In this document: piece by piece, positions 33,634 to 44,856 of the stretch
Numbering within the stretch: position 1 is the stretch's first letter
Layout: each line of letters starts with the position of its first letter
Notes under the pieces: model-generated
Told to the model about the DNA's origin: nothing
Database searches by the model: none
Seen by the model: only the letters and a program-made list of their open reading frames with translations
DNA from: a virus
Taxonomy: Duplodnaviria; Caudoviricetes
Direction: 5' to 3' (one strand)
Virus record (IMG/VR): IMGVR_UViG_3300030372_002914
Coordinates: 865 to 64,864 of that record
Length of the DNA stretch: 64,000 nucleotides
Made by a program: the position numbers and the translations under genes

Positions 33634-35133
33634 ATGGCAATTACAGCAGGACTTAATTTGAATAGTGTTCCAGCTCCAATACAGCAAACACTATCTACAA
33701 ATTATATCGATTTTACGAGTACAACCACTGCTGGTTGGGCTCAACAATACCTGCCTGACTTAATGGAGAAAGAAGCTGAAGTTTTCGGACCGAGAACTAT
33801 ATCAGGTTTTTTATCTCAAGTTGGAGCAGAAGAGGCTATGACTTCTGATCAAGTCGTATGGTCTGAACAAGGTAGATTACATTTATCTTATAAGTGTGAC
33901 ATAGACAGTGATCACGTTGTTACTATTCAGCAAGATATTGATGGTAATACGGTAACATCACATGGTGTTAGAGTAAATGATACTGTTATTGTTGCTGCAC
34001 CAACTGGTGTTTACAAAGGTGTGGTAACAAGTATTACTGGTTTAAATTGTACTATTAGAGCGTATGACGGTACTACAATACCAACATCTGGTAACACTGC
34101 AGATTTTGCAACTACTATATTAGTATATGGCTCTGAATTTGCAAAAGGAACTGGTTATTATCAAAATGTTGGTGACGGCGGTAAAACACAAGATTCTAGA
34201 ACAGCTAACGAACCATCATTCAAATCTTTTTCAAATAAGCCAATTATATTAAAAGATTATTACGAGGTATCTGGATCAGACGCTTCAAGAATTGGTTGGG
34301 TAGAAGTTTCGACTGAAATGGGCCAAAATGGTTATTTATGGTACTTAAAAGCTGAAGCTGATACAAGAGCTAGATTTAATGACTATTTAGAAATGGCTAT
34401 GCTAGAAGCAGTTATTGGATCTGACGCTGCTCATAACTATGGTGGTGGAATTGGTACTACTGGTGCTAATGAAGCTGATGCATTCCTTACTGATAATGGT
34501 GATGTTATTGGTACACAAGGTTTATTTGATGCTATTGAAAAAAGAGGTAATGTTACTACTGGTGTTACTGGTGTTAACGCTGCTACTGATTTAGCTGAAT
34601 TTGACGCTATACTAGCAGAGTTTGACAAGCAAGGTGCTATTGAAGAATACATGATGTTTATAAACAGAGCTACTAGTTTAGCAATGGACGATATGTTAGC
34701 TTCAATGAATTCTTACGGAGCTGGAGGTACTTCTTACGGAGTATTTGACAACGACGAAGATATGGCATTAAATTTAGGTTTCTCAGGATTTAGAAGAGGT
34801 TCTTATGACTTTTATAAATCTGACTTTAGATACTTAAATGATTTAGCTACAAGAGGTGGTATTAATGCTGTGGCTGGATCTAATGCTATTAGAGGTGTTA
34901 TGATTCCCGCAGGTGTTTCAACTGTTTACGATCAACAAATGGGTAAAAACATGAAAAGACCTTTCTTACACGTTAGATTTAGAGCTTCTGCTACTGATGA
35001 TAGAAGAATGAAGACTTGGACCACTGGTTCAGTTGGAGCTGCTACATCAGCATTAGATGCAATGCAGTTACACTTCTTATCAGAAAGATGTTTAATCACA
35101 CAAGGTGCGAACAACTTTATGTTAATGAAGTAA
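33634..35133 (+). CDS. Major capsid protein
   Basis: 499 aa after the scaffold; QQYLPDL...W.EQGRLH, GF..F.RG.Y.F, followed by a strong terminator. Confidence 0.85.
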   Translation: MAITAGLNLNSVPAPIQQTLSTNYIDFTSTTTAGWAQQYLPDLMEKEAEVFGPRTISGFLSQVGAEEAMTSDQVVWSEQGRLHLSYKCDIDSDHVVTIQQDIDGNTVTSHGVRVNDTVIVAAPTGVYKGVVTSITGLNCTIRAYDGTTIPTSGNTADFATTILVYGSEFAKGTGYYQNVGDGGKTQDSRTANEPSFKSFSNKPIILKDYYEVSGSDASRIGWVEVSTEMGQNGYLWYLKAEADTRARFNDYLEMAMLEAVIGSDAAHNYGGGIGTTGANEADAFLTDNGDVIGTQGLFDAIEKRGNVTTGVTGVNAATDLAEFDAILAEFDKQGAIEEYMMFINRATSLAMDDMLASMNSYGAGGTSYGVFDNDEDMALNLGFSGFRRGSYDFYKSDFRYLNDLATRGGINAVAGSNAIRGVMIPAGVSTVYDQQMGKNMKRPFLHVRFRASATDDRRMKTWTTGSVGAATSALDAMQLHFLSERCLITQGANNFMLMK

Positions 35134-35145
35134 GACTATTTACTT

Positions 35146-35178
35146 ATAAGGGCGGTCAAGTATCGCCCTTATATTTTT
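35146..35178 (+). terminator. Intrinsic terminator after the major capsid gene
   Basis: ATAAGGGCG-gtcaagtat-CGCCCTTAT then ATTTTT. Confidence 0.8.
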
Positions 35179-35202
35179 ATTAATTATATTATATATTATA
35201 TT

Positions 35203-36054
35203 ATGGCAAAGAAAAAAGTAATAACTAAGGTTGAAGAACCTATAGTTGAAGAAACAGTTGCTGTTGAAGAACAGCCGGTTGTAAAAGAACAACCTAAGGT
35301 TGAAGCTCCTAAAATAAAAGCTAAACAAAAAGACGATTGGGAAATAAAAGAAAGAGTTTATTATTTAAAAGGAAGAAATAAACCATTATCCCACTCTATA
35401 AGAACGTCAAATTTATTTTGGTTTGATGAAAAAAAAGGTTATGAAAGAGAAATAAAGTATTGCCAAAATCAAACAACTTGTTTTGTTGACGAGATGAAAG
35501 GTGTTCAAAGATTAGAGCATATTGTTTTTAGAAGTGGGAGTCTATATGTTCCTAAAGAAAAAGTAACTTTGCAAAAATTTTTATCATTATATCATCCTCA
35601 CAATGGAAAAATATTTTATGAACATAAGCCTGTTGAAATAGCTAAAAATGAAATTGAAATACTAGAAATGGAGGCTGATGCTATATTAATGGCTAGACAA
35701 ATGGATATTGATTTAGCTGAAGCTATTATGAGAGTTGAAAAAGGATCTGAAGTATCTATGATGAGTTCTAAAGAGGTAAAAAGAGATTTATTATTATTTG
35801 CTAGAAGAAATCCAAATTTATTTTTAGAATTAGCTAATGATGATAATGTTCAACTTAGAAACTTTGGTATCAAAGCTGTTGAAGAAGGAATATTAAAGCT
35901 GTCAAGCGACCAAAGGTATTTTACTTGGGGTTCAAATAATAGAAAAATAATGACAGTTCCTTTTGATGAGCATCCATATACAGCCTTAGCGCATTGGTTT
36001 AAAACTGATGAAGGTATGGAAATATACTCAAACATAGAAAAAAGATTTAATTAA
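35203..36054 (+). CDS. Protein downstream of the capsid gene (head assembly associated, function unknown)
   Basis: Position after MCP; N-terminal E/K/P-rich tail. Confidence 0.6.
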   Translation: MAKKKVITKVEEPIVEETVAVEEQPVVKEQPKVEAPKIKAKQKDDWEIKERVYYLKGRNKPLSHSIRTSNLFWFDEKKGYEREIKYCQNQTTCFVDEMKGVQRLEHIVFRSGSLYVPKEKVTLQKFLSLYHPHNGKIFYEHKPVEIAKNEIEILEMEADAILMARQMDIDLAEAIMRVEKGSEVSMMSSKEVKRDLLLFARRNPNLFLELANDDNVQLRNFGIKAVEEGILKLSSDQRYFTWGSNNRKIMTVPFDEHPYTALAHWFKTDEGMEIYSNIEKRFN

Positions 36055-36072
36055 TATCTTTTAACTAATATT

Positions 36073-36105
36073 AATAGCCACTCATTTTTGGGTGGCTATT
36101 TTTAT
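36073..36105 (+). terminator. Intrinsic terminator
   Basis: AATAGCCAC...GTGGCTATT followed by a T-tract. Confidence 0.75.
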
Positions 36106-36131
36106 TTAGGGGCTAACCTTCCGCTTTATTA

Positions 36132-36144
36132 TGTAACTATAATA
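36132..36144 (+). promoter_or_regulatory. Putative late promoter motif
   Basis: TGTAACTATAATA upstream of the tail genes. Confidence 0.6.
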
Positions 36145-36171
36145 TAGTAAAATATATTTAAAAATAAACAG

Positions 36172-36903
36172 ATGGCAGTAGATATAAATAGAGTATATCA
36201 AAAAGTTTTAGCTTTAGCTAATAAAGAACAAAGAGGTTATATAACCCCACAAGAGTTTAACTTATTTGCTGATAAAGCCCAAATAGAGATATTCAACAGT
36301 TACTTTCACGGAATTAAAATGGCAGAACGTAAGCCAAAAAACCAAATGAACTATGCTGACGAGGTGGAGATGTTAGAAGAAAAACTACATTCTTTTCACG
36401 TAGATGAATCTGTTGGTACAGCAACAGCTAGTTTAATACTTCCTACAAATACTCACAAATTAATAGGTGTAACAAGAAATGGTAATAAAGTAACGCAAAT
36501 AAATAAAAGTCAAGTTGCATATACTGAGAATAATCCATTATTAAAAGCTACACTAACTAGATCTACTTTTGTTAGAGAAGATTCTGGTATAGTCACTATA
36601 TATCCAGCCCCTTCTTCAACTACATACGATACTGATACTAACTCTGATAGCGTTTTTGACCAAGAAGTTTTTGAAGTAAGTTACTATAAAAGACCAACCG
36701 TTCCAAATTGGGGATATGTAGTAATTAGTGGTAAGGCTTTATACAATAGTGCAAATAGTACTAATTTTGAATTACACGAATCAGAAGAAGAAGATTTAGT
36801 ATACAAAATATTAATGTTAGCTGGGTTAACAATAAAACAACCTGACGTTCAACAATCAGCGGCGGCAGGTATGCAGCTAACTAAACAAGAACAAAATAGT
36901 TAA
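36172..36903 (+). CDS. Tail ring / adaptor protein (T7 gp11-like tail tubular A)
   Basis: VYQKVLALANKEQRGYITPQEFNLFA, Y.KRP..P.W. Confidence 0.7.
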   Translation: MAVDINRVYQKVLALANKEQRGYITPQEFNLFADKAQIEIFNSYFHGIKMAERKPKNQMNYADEVEMLEEKLHSFHVDESVGTATASLILPTNTHKLIGVTRNGNKVTQINKSQVAYTENNPLLKATLTRSTFVREDSGIVTIYPAPSSTTYDTDTNSDSVFDQEVFEVSYYKRPTVPNWGYVVISGKALYNSANSTNFELHESEEEDLVYKILMLAGLTIKQPDVQQSAAAGMQLTKQEQNS

Positions 36904-36905
36904 TT

Positions 36906-37811
36906 ATGGGATTACTAGACGGAACAACACAAGCTCAATATTATAACTCAAATAATTCTGGTAATTATGGTAATTATCAATTTACTTCTTTAGAGAATAT
37001 AATAAACGCATTTATGTATATTTACGTTGGTGAGGGAAAAATAATATCTAAAGCTAATAGAACTGACGTACAGTTTCACGCTATGAGAGCTATACAAGAG
37101 TTATCATATGATGTGCTAAAATCTTTTAAATCACAAGAGATAGAAGTACCTAACACATTATCTATGGTATTACCTCAAGATTATGTTAACTATATAAAAG
37201 TAGTAAGAATAGGTAGCGATGGTTTAGAAAGACCTTTATATCCAGCTAGAAAAACCTCAGATCCTTTTGCTATAACCCAAAATGATAATGGTGATTATTT
37301 ATTTGAAGATACAGATTTAGATGCTGAATTAGATTCTACAATAGAGCAAGCACCTAGTAATACTTCCGCAAACTTTGAATCACAAACCCCAGTTGATTAT
37401 CAATTATATGATATTAATTATTCGTCTGATATAGAAATATCTACTGAAGGTAGAAGATATGGACTAGAACCAGAGCATTCACAAATAAACGGTAGTTATT
37501 TTATAGATAATTTAAGGGGTGTTATAAAGTTTGGTTCTGCATTAGCTGGTAAAACAATAACACTACATTATGTTAGTGACGGACTAGGAACTGACTCTGA
37601 AATGATAGTACATAAGTTTTGTGAAGAAGCTTGTTATAAACATATAGCATATGGTATAATATCATCTAGATCAAATATACCAGAGTATATAGTACAAAGA
37701 TATAAAAAAGAAAGATTTGCTGAAACTAGAAAAGCAAAAATAAGATTATCAAATATTAAAATAGAAGAATTTACACAAGTACTTAAAGGTATGGGTAAAC
37801 AAATTAAGTAA
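36906..37811 (+). CDS. Second tail ring protein
   Basis: HAMRAIQELSYD, LPQDYVNY, position between ring and nozzle genes. Confidence 0.65.
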   Translation: MGLLDGTTQAQYYNSNNSGNYGNYQFTSLENIINAFMYIYVGEGKIISKANRTDVQFHAMRAIQELSYDVLKSFKSQEIEVPNTLSMVLPQDYVNYIKVVRIGSDGLERPLYPARKTSDPFAITQNDNGDYLFEDTDLDAELDSTIEQAPSNTSANFESQTPVDYQLYDINYSSDIEISTEGRRYGLEPEHSQINGSYFIDNLRGVIKFGSALAGKTITLHYVSDGLGTDSEMIVHKFCEEACYKHIAYGIISSRSNIPEYIVQRYKKERFAETRKAKIRLSNIKIEEFTQVLKGMGKQIK

Positions 37812-37813
37812 TT

Positions 37814-40800
37814 ATGCCGGAAATTAAAAGAACATTTACAGCCGGTAAGATGAACAAAGATCTCGATGAGAGATTAGTTCGTAACGGCGAATATAGAGAC
37901 GCTTTAAACATACAAGTTAGAACCACTAGTGGAGAAGACGGCATTGGTGATGCTGGTGTAGTTCAAAACATTAAAGGTAATAGTTATAAAGGTGTTGCAC
38001 ATATAACTAAGACCTATACGCTTCCCAATGAAGATGATGTTTTATTATACACTAAATTCGTAGGTAGCGTTGCTGATGAAAAAAATGATAAGGCTTATTT
38101 TTTCGCGGCATCACCTTTACCAGAAGGTGGATTTGATTCTATAACGCATACATATATAATGGGTGTATATTCTGGGAATCCAGATTTTTGGAATTCAGGT
38201 GATGGATTAAGACATTGGATAGATAGTATAATTGAATTAGACGCTACAACAGAAACTAGTACACCTATTTTTGTTGATAAATACGGAGTTACTGGTAGAT
38301 TGCATGATGTAATAGGTGCGGACAATGTAACCGCTACATCTATAGGTTTAGAATTAAAAGTATTAGACGGATCGCTGTATAGAATCGGCATGATTGCTTA
38401 TTTCTATAACAATGACGGTGAACATTTATTTGTTAATTCTCAAGGCAATGGGGTTAAAATAATAGATATACAAGAAAATAAATTAATTTTAGAATCAGAG
38501 CAAGACTTAAATTTACAAACTGAATTAACTAACGGCAACATAGATTATAGAAGTGCGTTTAAATTTATATATCCAGAAAGGGTTTTAGAATTTGATTATA
38601 ACTCTTTGATACCAAACATTAATATAATAGACAATCTGTTATTTTATACAGATGGTAAAAATGAGCCAAAAAAAATAAATATTGACAGATCTAAAGCTGG
38701 TACTATTTTTTCATTAATAGAAAGCTATATAGACCCTGACTCACAAGAAGATACTATAATAGAATTTCCAAATATCCAAACAGCTGAATCTTACCTTGAA
38801 AGACCTAAACACACAAAGTTATTTGTTAATAATACTATTATAGATGCTGATCAAGAACTTGTAGAAGTAAAAGAATTAGAATGGGACGTAAAAACATCTG
38901 ATATAAAAAGAGAGCATATTACAGTTATAAGAAAAGCTCCTTTATCACCACCAACATTAGAAATTAGTAACACAGATAGAGAAGGGAGTGTTAGTTTTCC
39001 TTTATCTTATTCTGGTTTTATACAAAATGGAGAACCTATATTTGGGGAAACTAGAGTTATACAAGCTAATATTCTTTTGAATCAAGATGTTAGATTAAAT
39101 GATGTATTAAGATTTACTAGCGATGAAAATAATAATAATCCAGTCACAATTGTAACTAGGGTAATTGGTATTAACGGGCCTAACGCTATAGAAGTTCAAT
39201 TAACTTTCATTGACCCTGATTTAATATCTCAAGAACCATCATTATGGAACGTAGAGGTAGAGCAAGAAAAACCTTTATTTGAAACTAAATTCGGTAGAAT
39301 AGGTTATAGGTATCAATATGAAGACAATGAATATTCTACTTTTTCTCCTTGGTCTGAATTAGCTTTTTTACCAGGGGGTTTTTCATATACACCTAGCAAA
39401 GGCTATAATGAAGGTATGTCTAATAACACTAGAAAACTAGTAATTAGAGATTTTATACCAGATAATTCTATAAGACCTATTGATGTTAAGAAAATTGATA
39501 TACTTTGGAAAACAACAGATGACCAAAATGTATATGTTATAAAAAGTATAACTAGAGGTAGAGATGTAGAGTGGGATGTTCTTGGCCAAGAAACTAAAGG
39601 TGAGCTAACTATGACATCAGAAATGATACATAGAGTGTTATCTAATGAACAATTATTAAGATCTTGGGATAATGTACCTAAAACAGCTTCAACTCAAGAG
39701 ATAACAGGTAGTAGACTTGTTTTTGGTAATTACACACAAGGATATGATATAAATAAAGTAGTAAATTTAGAACAATCATTATTATCAGATACTGTAATTC
39801 CTCTTGAGCCTAAAAAATCTATTAAATCTATTAGGAATTATAAATTTGGAATGGTATTTGGGGATAGATATGGTAGAGAAACGCCAGTGTTAGCAAGAGG
39901 TTATAATATAGGTGTTAATTCTGGCGTAACTGGAGATACTAGTATTGATAAAAGTTTAGCTAGTTTTTCTAATAAATTTAGAGTAAAACAAAATTGGGAG
40001 ACAGAACCAGAGGATTGGATGGAGTACGTAAAGTATTACGTAAAAGAAACTTCTAATGAGTATTATAATTTAGTAATGGACAGATGGTATATTGCTGACG
40101 ATGATAACTCAACAATATGGATGTCTTTTCCATCTGTCGATAGAAATAAAGTTGATGAAGAAACTTATTTGTTGTTAAAAAATGAACATGGATCACAAAA
40201 CGCTGTCGTAGACAGGGCTAGATATAAAATATTAGCAATAGAAAGTGAGGCTCCAGATTTTATTAAAACTGATTATAGAAAATTTGAAAAAGTTTTAATA
40301 GACCCTGAGAATGTTTTTAGTGACACAGATACATCAAGTGGTATTCCAGATAAATTAATTGGGAGTAAAACAATAAGGACAGACACTACTAACTGGGAGC
40401 TCGCTGAAGGTGGCTTGACTCCTGAAATACAAGCTGATCAGTTTAAAGGTACTATTAAAGTAAGAATAGTTGGAGAAGTTGCTGATAACCCAAGTGTAAC
40501 TTTACACACTCGTTGGATAACTGTTGCTAGAGTAAAAAGCGGACCAGGTAATGATAGAGGTTGTGATATGAAAGAAGAGTTCACTACTGAGGAAGCTAAC
40601 ATGTACATAAGGTTAGGTAACATATTTACAATTGACGCTGCGGCAAACGTAGCAGTAAATTATTATATGGAATTTATGGATGAGGTTGTAGAAAATAAAC
40701 CAGAATTTGACGGTAGATTTTTTGTAAAAATAGAAAAAGATCCAATACTAACTGAATACGTAGCGTCTTCTACTTCTGGTACTCAATGGCAACCGGAAAT

Positions 40801-43800
40801 GAGCACTAAAGTAGGTTATATAACCAACAAACCTGAAAATGACGCTTTTATATTACAAACTGGAATGGATGGTTTTCCAAGCGGATTTAATATTGCAAAT
40901 TATACTGAAGATTCAATTGACAATTATTATAGCGCTGTCCAAGCTGTTAACCTTGCTGGAGGAAATAATGATTGGGGTCTTACTGAAACTGGTTCTGGTG
41001 TGGTACCATCTTTTATTTGGGACGGTGGCATTAATGGTAATAGTAGAACTCAAGATTTTTGGAACTGGCACAATACACAAGTTTCAGAAGGAAATGCCCC
41101 TAAAATATTTATTGATGCTATACCTGCTTTCCGTGGGTGGAATAAAGTAGAGTCAGTATCGCTTGGAATTGGTTTTGGTGGAGTTGAAAATGATATACTC
41201 GTAGATCTCCCAAGCCGCTTTGATTCTAGAAATCCTTACGTAGCAGAACATCCAGACTACGAAGTTGACGCTCCTGGTAATTATGATCCGGGAGATCCTC
41301 CTAGATTACCAGTAAGTTTATGGTTTAACGACCAGTTTTATGCAGGAGAAGATTGGATAAATGGGTTTAGTTATATTGGTTCGAACTCTTACGTTTATGG
41401 CGGTGTTCCTTATGGACCGGGAAACAACCCGGAGCAACAAACAAAAAACTATTTACCGCCTGGGTTCTCACAAGGCTCAGGTAGTTCAGGTACTTACAAT
41501 CAATTTTGTTTTTCTGTAGTTGGGGAGACAAGTGGTTTTGGTACCGCCACTAGTAACGAACAAGAGTTCAAATCAAGAATGCAAAGTGTTGGTCAATGTT
41601 TTAGATTTCAAGAGGATGCAGATCAAACTGTTTACAAGATAATAGCAAATACACAACTTGTTAACCCAAATGCACCGGAAAATCAAGCTGCTATATTTAA
41701 TGGAGAAATATCTATAGATAGTATAAATTATCACACAGATAATTATCCCGATGATTTAGTTGCTAAAAGACACTCAATAGTTGTTAGATTTGTGAGATTA
41801 GATACTTTTGGTGGAGAAATGTATGATAATGGCTCGCCAGTTGGTATAGATTATAGTGAGTTTGATCCTAGAGGTTATGTTGGAAGTGATGGTATAGGTA
41901 ATTTTACAATAGAGTTTGTAACGGAATTAAATGAAAGTGAATTAATCGAAGACTCTATAAGAACTGATAAAGCTTGTTGGGAAACCGAACCTAAAAAAGA
42001 CATGGATATAGATATATACTATGAGGCTAGCGGGGCTATACCAATGAACTTAAAAGAAAATAACATACAAATTTATGCTCAACCTTCTAATTCCTTATTA
42101 TTAGAAAAAGCTAAATTAGCTAGTACAGTAGATATTCTTTCTAGAAAGATTGGTCCAGATCAAACTGTAGAAGTAAATATAAATAGTGGTTTAGATTATG
42201 GTTTTAGTAGTATATTTGCTTACGTGTGTAAAACTATAGGTAATAGAGGTATTATGATAGCGCATAATAATGATAATGCGTTCGCTGCTAATAATTTGAT
42301 TACTTTTCCAAGTATTAATGATGTAAATGAAATATATACAAGAAATTACCCAGCTATAGATGACTTTATAACATTCACACATCCAAATGGTTTAATAACT
42401 AGATCAAAAATAATAGATCATTTAGCGGTTAACTCGATAGCTCCTTTTGATAAAACAAACAATATAAGTCCATCATATAGAGACACAATTGATAGTGGTG
42501 CGACATTTAACGTCATAAACGATGGGCAACCTAGAGGTTATTTCTTTGCTCAAACTCCATCACCGCTTCAAGTTGGAATGGAATTAAGGGGAACTTTTGT
42601 TAAACCTGGGAGTTTTATATGTTTTCAAGTTGATTTTGGGTCATTTGGAACGCTTTTTGCTATTAATCAACATTTTAAAGAAGAAGTTGAGGGAATAGCA
42701 TACAACGAAGAATCATTAGTTTTAACAGGTATAGAAACAACAGGTTTTTTTGAAATAGATCCTGAGGTATGGAAGTATGAAGTTGATTTAAACTGGTTTA
42801 ATTGTTATTCATTTGGTAATGGTGTGGAATCAGATAGAATAAGAGATGATTTTAACGCGCCAACTATTGATAATGGTATAAAAGCTTCATCTACGTTTTT
42901 AGATTATAAAGAAGAAACTATAGGTAGTGGATTAATACACTCTTCTGAGCTATATAACGCTATATCTAGTGTTAATGGTTTAAATGAGTTCAGTATGGGA
43001 CAAAAAATAACTAAAAATTTAAATCCAATTTATGGCTCTATACAGGCTTTAAAAACAAGAGACACAAACTTGGTTACCTTCTGTGAAGATAAAGTTTTAA
43101 AAGTATTAGCAAATAAAGACGCTGTATTTAATGCTGATGGTAATCCACAATTAACAGCTACAAATAGAGTTCTTGGGCAAACAATACCATTCGCCGGGGA
43201 TTATGGTATATCTAAAAATCCAGAATCATTAGCTGTTGATCAATATAGAATGTATTTTACAGATAAACAAAGAGGTGCTGTATTAAGATTATCTGGAGAT
43301 GGTTTAACACCTATATCCAATGTTGGCATGAAAACATATTTTAGAGAAAATTTACGAGACTGTAGTTCTATAGTAGGTACTTTTGATGCTGAAAACGGTG
43401 AATACAATGCTACTCTTAATTTTAATGAGGAATCTCAAAAAAATTCTACAACTGTAAGTTTTAATGAAGGGGGTAAAGCTTGGGTTAGTTTTAAATCTTT
43501 TCTACCTAATTGTGGTGTTTCTGTAAGTGGTAAATATTTTACAACACCTACTATAGAACAGTCTTTAAATGCTCAAAACTATATAGCCGCGAGTAGTAAA
43601 ATTTGGCTGCATAATGCTAATGAAACGAGAAATAATTTTTATACAATTGATGAATTTAAATCAACTATAGAAGTCATATTTAATGATATGCCTAGTGTAG
43701 TAAAATCTTTTAAAGCTGTAAACTACGAAGGTACACAGAGTAGAGTTTTAGAAAACACAAGTACGTCGTATGGTGGTGATGGGGAATATTATAATATAGA

Positions 43801-44845
43801 AGGAAAAAATGGTTGGTATGTAAATGCGTTTAATACAAATACTCAATCTGGTAAAGTAAAAGAGTTTTTAGAAAAAGAAGGTAAATGGTTTAATTTTATA
43901 ACGGGTACCGTTGACACATCTGGTGATATAAGCGATTATGTAAATTCTAGTGAGTTTAGTGTACAGGGAATAGGTTTTCCACTATTAATAGGTGAAGGAT
44001 TTGAACAATCGCAGGCTATATTAGAAATAGAAGTACCCCAACCTACTATTGATCCTGTAACAAATGAAGCTGACGAAAACACTGCTGAAATTGAACTTGT
44101 TGAAAATACGGTTAATTATCAAATGCCTCAAGACGATGGTAGTACTATTCCTATGTGGGACTGGGATAGTTATAATATAACAGGAGGCAATTGGAGTGGA
44201 TTTGGTGATCTTTATCCTGAATTAGCTGAAATTTACAACTCTCAGTCTTTAAGATATTATCATGGAATTACAATTGAATTTATTTATAATGGTATAGCAC
44301 CGTTTACAGATGAAGATGGTTTAGAATATTTATATGTTACTATTATGAAAAATGGAGCCGCTTTACCAACATTCGAATTTCTTGACACAACTACGTATGC
44401 TGAATCAGGTTTTAATAATCTAGAATTGAGGGCTTATAGAGTTGAAGGAAGTAATATTTATGAATATGAATTTAAAAATGCTATGAATTCTAGCATGTTT
44501 TCTAATGCGGCAGGTTCAGGCGCTTTTGAAACCAGTGTATTTATTGGTGACACATTCCAATTGATAGTTGAGGATACAAGCAGCAACAAAGGGACAAAAA
44601 CTATAACTTTAACTGGTGATTATATTAACCCTGACCCGGCAGATGTGCCATTAGTAGATTGGAAACCTGGATTTCATGATGGAGATGGTCAAATTACTAC
44701 AGAAGGTACAATAGGTACAGGTGAAAACGATATAAACGATTCATACACTGGACCTTTAGGTGTACAAGTGAACTTAGATTGGAAATTTGGGCCAAATGGA
44801 GATCAAGAAATTACAGATCAAGAACCAACTGATATACTAGATTAA
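37814..44845 (+). CDS. Tail nozzle/muzzle (stabilisation) protein, enlarged by insertions
   Basis: F..GKMNKDLDERL..NGEYRDALN start; NGVESDRIRDDFNAP...; beta-propeller-type C-terminal part GDYGISKNPES...FTDK.RGAVLRLS.DGLTPIS. Confidence 0.75.
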   Translation: MPEIKRTFTAGKMNKDLDERLVRNGEYRDALNIQVRTTSGEDGIGDAGVVQNIKGNSYKGVAHITKTYTLPNEDDVLLYTKFVGSVADEKNDKAYFFAASPLPEGGFDSITHTYIMGVYSGNPDFWNSGDGLRHWIDSIIELDATTETSTPIFVDKYGVTGRLHDVIGADNVTATSIGLELKVLDGSLYRIGMIAYFYNNDGEHLFVNSQGNGVKIIDIQENKLILESEQDLNLQTELTNGNIDYRSAFKFIYPERVLEFDYNSLIPNINIIDNLLFYTDGKNEPKKINIDRSKAGTIFSLIESYIDPDSQEDTIIEFPNIQTAESYLERPKHTKLFVNNTIIDADQELVEVKELEWDVKTSDIKREHITVIRKAPLSPPTLEISNTDREGSVSFPLSYSGFIQNGEPIFGETRVIQANILLNQDVRLNDVLRFTSDENNNNPVTIVTRVIGINGPNAIEVQLTFIDPDLISQEPSLWNVEVEQEKPLFETKFGRIGYRYQYEDNEYSTFSPWSELAFLPGGFSYTPSKGYNEGMSNNTRKLVIRDFIPDNSIRPIDVKKIDILWKTTDDQNVYVIKSITRGRDVEWDVLGQETKGELTMTSEMIHRVLSNEQLLRSWDNVPKTASTQEITGSRLVFGNYTQGYDINKVVNLEQSLLSDTVIPLEPKKSIKSIRNYKFGMVFGDRYGRETPVLARGYNIGVNSGVTGDTSIDKSLASFSNKFRVKQNWETEPEDWMEYVKYYVKETSNEYYNLVMDRWYIADDDNSTIWMSFPSVDRNKVDEETYLLLKNEHGSQNAVVDRARYKILAIESEAPDFIKTDYRKFEKVLIDPENVFSDTDTSSGIPDKLIGSKTIRTDTTNWELAEGGLTPEIQADQFKGTIKVRIVGEVADNPSVTLHTRWITVARVKSGPGNDRGCDMKEEFTTEEANMYIRLGNIFTIDAAANVAVNYYMEFMDEVVENKPEFDGRFFVKIEKDPILTEYVASSTSGTQWQPEMSTKVGYITNKPENDAFILQTGMDGFPSGFNIANYTEDSIDNYYSAVQAVNLAGGNNDWGLTETGSGVVPSFIWDGGINGNSRTQDFWNWHNTQVSEGNAPKIFIDAIPAFRGWNKVESVSLGIGFGGVENDILVDLPSRFDSRNPYVAEHPDYEVDAPGNYDPGDPPRLPVSLWFNDQFYAGEDWINGFSYIGSNSYVYGGVPYGPGNNPEQQTKNYLPPGFSQGSGSSGTYNQFCFSVVGETSGFGTATSNEQEFKSRMQSVGQCFRFQEDADQTVYKIIANTQLVNPNAPENQAAIFNGEISIDSINYHTDNYPDDLVAKRHSIVVRFVRLDTFGGEMYDNGSPVGIDYSEFDPRGYVGSDGIGNFTIEFVTELNESELIEDSIRTDKACWETEPKKDMDIDIYYEASGAIPMNLKENNIQIYAQPSNSLLLEKAKLASTVDILSRKIGPDQTVEVNINSGLDYGFSSIFAYVCKTIGNRGIMIAHNNDNAFAANNLITFPSINDVNEIYTRNYPAIDDFITFTHPNGLITRSKIIDHLAVNSIAPFDKTNNISPSYRDTIDSGATFNVINDGQPRGYFFAQTPSPLQVGMELRGTFVKPGSFICFQVDFGSFGTLFAINQHFKEEVEGIAYNEESLVLTGIETTGFFEIDPEVWKYEVDLNWFNCYSFGNGVESDRIRDDFNAPTIDNGIKASSTFLDYKEETIGSGLIHSSELYNAISSVNGLNEFSMGQKITKNLNPIYGSIQALKTRDTNLVTFCEDKVLKVLANKDAVFNADGNPQLTATNRVLGQTIPFAGDYGISKNPESLAVDQYRMYFTDKQRGAVLRLSGDGLTPISNVGMKTYFRENLRDCSSIVGTFDAENGEYNATLNFNEESQKNSTTVSFNEGGKAWVSFKSFLPNCGVSVSGKYFTTPTIEQSLNAQNYIAASSKIWLHNANETRNNFYTIDEFKSTIEVIFNDMPSVVKSFKAVNYEGTQSRVLENTSTSYGGDGEYYNIEGKNGWYVNAFNTNTQSGKVKEFLEKEGKWFNFITGTVDTSGDISDYVNSSEFSVQGIGFPLLIGEGFEQSQAILEIEVPQPTIDPVTNEADENTAEIELVENTVNYQMPQDDGSTIPMWDWDSYNITGGNWSGFGDLYPELAEIYNSQSLRYYHGITIEFIYNGIAPFTDEDGLEYLYVTIMKNGAALPTFEFLDTTTYAESGFNNLELRAYRVEGSNIYEYEFKNAMNSSMFSNAAGSGAFETSVFIGDTFQLIVEDTSSNKGTKTITLTGDYINPDPADVPLVDWKPGFHDGDGQITTEGTIGTGENDINDSYTGPLGVQVNLDWKFGPNGDQEITDQEPTDILD

Positions 44846-44856
44846 AATTAAAAAAA

